Origin: Candidatus Kapaibacterium sp.
GTDB taxonomy: Bacteria; Bacteroidota; Ignavibacteria; Kapaibacteriales; UBA2268
Direction of reading: 5' to 3'
Assembly: GCA_963664875.1 (NCBI GenBank)
Contig: OY761611.1
Coordinates: 2,752,001-2,816,000, forward strand
Length of the DNA stretch: 64,000 nucleotides
How positions within the stretch are numbered: the first letter of the stretch is position 1; each line of letters starts with the position of its first letter. A program made the position numbers and the translations under genes. Below, one piece after another: positions 59,811 to 64,000 of the stretch. The notes beneath the pieces are model-generated. The model ran no database searches. It was not told the DNA's origin and saw nothing but the letters and a program-made list of their open reading frames with translations.

Positions 59811-62077
59811 TGACTCCCAAAAAATTATTCATTGCACTAATTAGTGTTTCCTTATTGGCAGTTGTAGGCATTTACGCTTTTGTAAGCTATGTAACAAGTG
59901 AAGGTATTCCATCTATCACTCAGTTAGAAAATCCAGATCAAGCCTTAGCTACAAGGGTGCTGAGCAAAGACGGGGTTGTATTGGATTATTATTACAAGCA
60001 AAGACGTGTAATGCTTCCTTACGACAGTATCCCTGTTGATTTTATTAATGCACTCGTTGCTACTGAAGATAAGGACTTCTTTAGCCATTGGGGGGTGCAT
60101 ACGGAGAGGGTTTTCAAAGCTGCTATTAAAAATATTTTTATGGGTAGAAGAGAAGGTGCATCCACAATAACTCAACAATTAGCAAGGAACCTTTTCCTAA
60201 CGCCTGAGCGTTCCATGAAAAGGAAGCTCCGAGAAGCAAAAGTTGCTGTAATGCTGGAAGAAACTTATACTAAAAAAGAAATTCTGCAGATGTATGCCAA
60301 TACTGTCTATTTTGGTAGAGGTGCGTATGGTATCGAAACAGCTGCACAATTGTATTTCTCAAAAGATCCTCTTGAATTGGAGCTACATGAGTGTGCTTTC
60401 CTTGCAGGTCTTCTAAAAGGTCCGGAAGAATACAACGGACGCAGAGACAAAGAAAAAGCTAAACGAAGAAGAAACACAGTATTGCTTCTAATGCTTGAAA
60501 ATGGTTATATCAGTGAAGCTACTTTCGAGGAAACAAAGGTGCTGCCTATTACTGCCACAGCAGATCGCAGTGCAAAAGGGGTTGTTACTACAAACTCAGG
60601 TAGCTACTTCGCACCGCATTTTGTAGAAATGGTTCGTCTAAATTATGCAAAAATGGAAGACTTGTCTAAATATGACCTATACACATCAGGTCTTACAATA
60701 CATACTACAATTGACTCGAGAGTGCAAAATTACCTCAACGAAGCTATAAACGAACATCTTTCTGATTTTCAAAAACAGTTTGACCAAAAATGGAATTGGG
60801 GCAGAAATACTAAACTTCTGAATGATTTGATTGCGGAAGCTATCAAGGATCATCCTGATTATAAAGATGCCACTTCGAAAGAAGAAAAAATCAGAATTTC
60901 AAAAAAACTCAGGAATAATAAAAGATTTTTGGATTCTTTGAAAAACTCGGCGACTACTATACAAGCCGGAGCTGTAGTGATTGATCCTTTTACAGGAGAA
61001 ATACTTGCGATGGTTGGGGCATCTCCTAAGTTTATGAGTGAAAATCCGGACGCTTTACATTCGCTTAATCATACCACTCAAATAGCAAGGCAGCCCGGTT
61101 CTTCCTTCAAGCCTTTTGTGTACGCACTTGCCCTCGAATTAGGTATGACTCCATACGATTCTATTCCATGTGGACCTTATACTTATATAACAGAATCCGG
61201 AGATGCATGGTCTCCTTCGGGTACGGGTGACTGTGGTCCTTCTGAAAAAGTTTCATTGCAGGAAGGCTTGAGACGATCTATCAATACTGTAGCCGCTCGG
61301 TTGATTACTCAATATGTATCTCCTGACGCAGTAGTAGATTTGGCTCAGCGTGCCGGAATTAAATCTAAATTGATGCCTGTTCCTGCGATAGCACTTGGAG
61401 CCGGAGAAGATGTGAAGCCGATCGAACTTGCCTCATCTTATGGAATATTCCCTTATGGTGGCTACCATGTAGAACCATATTCTGTATTTATGATAGAAGA
61501 TAAATATGGCAACATTCTACATGAGCAACGAAGTACTGGCAAAATAACTGATGCACTCGATAAAAATATTGCTGTGCAGATGGCTTATATGATGCAGGCT
61601 GTTGTAGATGGTGGTACGGCTTACAGAATCAGAGAACACTTTAAAGGGGTAGATGCTGCCGGCAAAACAGGTACTACTAACGATGCTGCTGATGCATGGT
61701 TCACAGGCTATACTCCGCAACTTGTTGCAGGCATTTGGGTAGGTTTTGACGACAGACGGATAACATTTGACTGCATAGGTTCAGCCGGCTACGGCGGAAG
61801 AGCAGCGGCTCCGATATGGGGCAGGCTTATGAATAAGATTTACAGCGATAAATCGTTACCATATAAAAAGAAAAAATTTGATTTTTATCAAACTGATTCG
61901 ACCGGTGCGTTTAGTATCCAAAAGTATTACACAAGGACACAGAAAGAAACCGGAAAACCTGAACCGAAAATGTCTAATCATTCCCAGACGAATCGTGATT
62001 CGTCAGGAAGAAACGGGACAAATGGGAATAATATAGATTCAGTAGCGTATCGCGAAACATTTTTGAGAGAAGACTAA
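59810..62077 (+). CDS. Class A penicillin-binding protein (PBP1A family)
   Basis: EDKDF..H.G, GASTITQQLARN, RQPGSSFKP, S.N, GKTGT. Confidence 0.95.
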   Translation: MTPKKLFIALISVSLLAVVGIYAFVSYVTSEGIPSITQLENPDQALATRVLSKDGVVLDYYYKQRRVMLPYDSIPVDFINALVATEDKDFFSHWGVHTERVFKAAIKNIFMGRREGASTITQQLARNLFLTPERSMKRKLREAKVAVMLEETYTKKEILQMYANTVYFGRGAYGIETAAQLYFSKDPLELELHECAFLAGLLKGPEEYNGRRDKEKAKRRRNTVLLLMLENGYISEATFEETKVLPITATADRSAKGVVTTNSGSYFAPHFVEMVRLNYAKMEDLSKYDLYTSGLTIHTTIDSRVQNYLNEAINEHLSDFQKQFDQKWNWGRNTKLLNDLIAEAIKDHPDYKDATSKEEKIRISKKLRNNKRFLDSLKNSATTIQAGAVVIDPFTGEILAMVGASPKFMSENPDALHSLNHTTQIARQPGSSFKPFVYALALELGMTPYDSIPCGPYTYITESGDAWSPSGTGDCGPSEKVSLQEGLRRSINTVAARLITQYVSPDAVVDLAQRAGIKSKLMPVPAIALGAGEDVKPIELASSYGIFPYGGYHVEPYSVFMIEDKYGNILHEQRSTGKITDALDKNIAVQMAYMMQAVVDGGTAYRIREHFKGVDAAGKTGTTNDAADAWFTGYTPQLVAGIWVGFDDRRITFDCIGSAGYGGRAAAPIWGRLMNKIYSDKSLPYKKKKFDFYQTDSTGAFSIQKYYTRTQKETGKPEPKMSNHSQTNRDSSGRNGTNGNNIDSVAYRETFLRED

Positions 62078-62078
62078 T

Positions 62079-62735
62079 ATGCATGAAAAGATAAAATTTA
62101 CAGATGGGTATCAGTTAGAAGTGGGTACTATGTACTGCATAGGTAAAAATTATGCAAAGCATGCTGCTGAAATGGGGGGGGCTGTCCCAAAAGAGCCTGT
62201 TGTGTTTTTGAAACCCCCGGCTGCTTATATCCCGGACGGAGCAGAAATAATCATTCCTGATTTTTCCAATAATGTGCATCATGAGGTTGAGCTTGTTGTT
62301 GCCATTGGTAAAGACGCCACGGATGTCAGTAAAGAAAACGCTTTAGATTATGTAGCTGGTTATGCGGTAGGTATAGATGTAACTTTGAGAGATTTGCAAC
62401 AGGATGCTAAAGATAAAGGAAAACCTTGGGCAACTGCAAAAGCATTTCGTACTTCAGCTCCTATTTCAAAATTTATTCCGGCTTCTGAAGTGGGGGATAA
62501 TAATCTGTTTGATTTAGAGCTCAAAGTAAATGGTGAAATACGACAACAAGGGAACACAAAAGAAATGGAACGTAGCGTAGAAACGCTGATAGAATATCTT
62601 TCAAAAGTATTTACTTTGCGTAAAGGTGATCTGATTTTTACAGGCACTCCGGAAGGAGTCGGACAAATCAACAGTAGCGATACATTAGAAGCCTCTCTTG
62701 TAGGGTATGTTAATCTGAATATAAAAGTAAAATAA
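62079..62735 (+). CDS. Fumarylacetoacetate hydrolase family protein
   Basis: CIGKNY..H..E, FLKP, HEVEL, D.T.RD.Q, GDLI.TGTP.GVG. Confidence 0.93.
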   Translation: MHEKIKFTDGYQLEVGTMYCIGKNYAKHAAEMGGAVPKEPVVFLKPPAAYIPDGAEIIIPDFSNNVHHEVELVVAIGKDATDVSKENALDYVAGYAVGIDVTLRDLQQDAKDKGKPWATAKAFRTSAPISKFIPASEVGDNNLFDLELKVNGEIRQQGNTKEMERSVETLIEYLSKVFTLRKGDLIFTGTPEGVGQINSSDTLEASLVGYVNLNIKVK

Positions 62736-62752
62736 TAACAGCGGATAAGCTT

Positions 62753-64000
62753 ATGAAATTTAGAGTGTTACTATTTGCAATCCTCTCAGTGATAGTATTG
62801 ACCTCGTGCAACTCAATTTCGACACGGACAGAAAAAGATATATATACTATCGCGGACGTAGATACTTTAAAGAATTATGACGCTCTAAATGTACCTGGCA
62901 ATAGAGACAACGGCGTGATATATCCCTCTTCAACCAGAGAAGATTTCCAAAGAGATGTCGTAATGCACGATAGCATAGTCGAAAGAGAGTACCCTGATTT
63001 TATTAGATTGGGACTGTTCGAAGGTGTCGGCTTGTTTGGTGGCGATGGCAATCATGCTCTCGGTGCCGGACTGTTTGGAGTTCATCCCGAACTTGGCAAT
63101 CTCACAGATGGATTTAGAGGTAATAGTGATGCGTTAGTTCCGGGTGGACTATACCGCATTGGTATCATGGAATATCGGCTCCGCTGGTTTAGAGATGCCA
63201 AGAATTGGACAATAGGTACATCACTTTATGAAGCAATCATCCCGGATGCTCGCGGCGAAAATATGCTTACAAGTGTTTTTCCGATTTACTTTAGAAAAAG
63301 ATACTATTTAGATGAAACTATACCTTATGTAGCTGTTACTCCTGCTGTTGGTATAGGTTTGTATCCTTCAATTTATATCAATGCTTCGGTTTCATTTGAT
63401 ATAGGTTCTATAGGTGGGCTTAATTTGAGGGCGTACTTAGGGTATGCCTATGGTGTAAATTTGGAATACACTCCTCAGATAACCAATAATGACTTTACGG
63501 ATAAAACAAATAATGTAAGTGCAGCCTATGCAGGTCTTGGTGTTTCAGTATTAGATTTTCTAAACTTGCCGAAAGAAACTGAAAGAGAATGGAAAGACTA
63601 CGAACACTCTTCATGGGAAATAGGTTTTGCTTCCATCAAATTACTCAAATCAAATTCGGAATATTCTTTATTTACTGACCATAGTATCAATCCTGACTTT
63701 GCTGCTTTTCAGCAGGAAAAAACGGAACCTGCTATCTCAGGTATGATAATCAAACTTGCTAACGCAAAAGTAGCTTTGCCTGTTCTGGACTACAAACTTT
63801 ATGCAGGTACTTCGCTGTTCAATCTTGTCGCATTGGGACAAAATGCTTTTGGCACAGGGATACTACCACTGAGAGTAGGTTACTGGCAGACTCTTATAGC
63901 AGATGACCTAATATTTGAACCATTCCTCGAATTTAACTATCTCCCAACACAGATGATTCATCTGGGTGGTGAGCTAAAGCTTAAAATAGCTAAAGAATTT
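62753..64000 (+). CDS. Hypothetical outer-membrane lipoprotein, partial (runs off the window end)
   Basis: Not in the ORF track. Manual translation MKFRVLLFAILSVIVLTSC... stays open to 64000; beta-strand-rich. Confidence 0.75.
   Translation, partial: MKFRVLLFAILSVIVLTSCNSISTRTEKDIYTIADVDTLKNYDALNVPGNRDNGVIYPSSTREDFQRDVVMHDSIVEREYPDFIRLGLFEGVGLFGGDGNHALGAGLFGVHPELGNLTDGFRGNSDALVPGGLYRIGIMEYRLRWFRDAKNWTIGTSLYEAIIPDARGENMLTSVFPIYFRKRYYLDETIPYVAVTPAVGIGLYPSIYINASVSFDIGSIGGLNLRAYLGYAYGVNLEYTPQITNNDFTDKTNNVSAAYAGLGVSVLDFLNLPKETEREWKDYEHSSWEIGFASIKLLKSNSEYSLFTDHSINPDFAAFQQEKTEPAISGMIIKLANAKVALPVLDYKLYAGTSLFNLVALGQNAFGTGILPLRVGYWQTLIADDLIFEPFLEFNYLPTQMIHLGGELKLKIAKEF

Noticed and set aside
1017-62671. 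Numerous 60-150 aa ORFs overlapping or antisense to long genes
   Set aside because: Shadow frames of well-supported genes with no recognisable motifs
1-64000. tRNA, rRNA, known riboswitches, prophage or defence genes
   Set aside because: No recognisable signatures by eye; a tRNAscan-SE and Rfam scan would be needed to exclude them formally

Overview
AT-rich bacterial chromosomal window from the FCB group, most likely Kapabacteria/Ignavibacteria-like. This is inferred from T9SS C-terminal sorting domains, many lipoproteins and TAnnTTTG promoter elements. Most of it is housekeeping or envelope genes: ugd, mraY, accC, gltX, lysS, infC-rpmI-rplT-pheS, ccoGH, rodA, pdxA, ybaK, PBP1A and a CzcCBA-type efflux system. 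Two regions stand out. (1) The DNA encoding the end of an Rhs core (LFEAFPGYSPYSYGYNNPIMFGDPSG) occurs four times, with no full-length Rhs gene in the window. Two copies are 79-bp identical, inverted, and head different toxin-like tips (1-494 and 12158 onward). Two are truncated and sit behind a shared hairpin (17058, 25526). Copies 2 and 3 bracket a 5-kb island with HExxH toxin tips, a modular family of immunity-like lipoproteins and an IS1380 that splits one lipoprotein. (2) Three tandem membrane-anchored TPR sensor-like paralogues lack any output domain and are followed by a lone FN3-like protein, all four in one reading frame (38777-42469). I also found a 47-aa two-helix membrane protein missing from the ORF track. 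No tRNA, rRNA or CRISPR array was seen. All family calls come from motif recognition by eye, not database searches.
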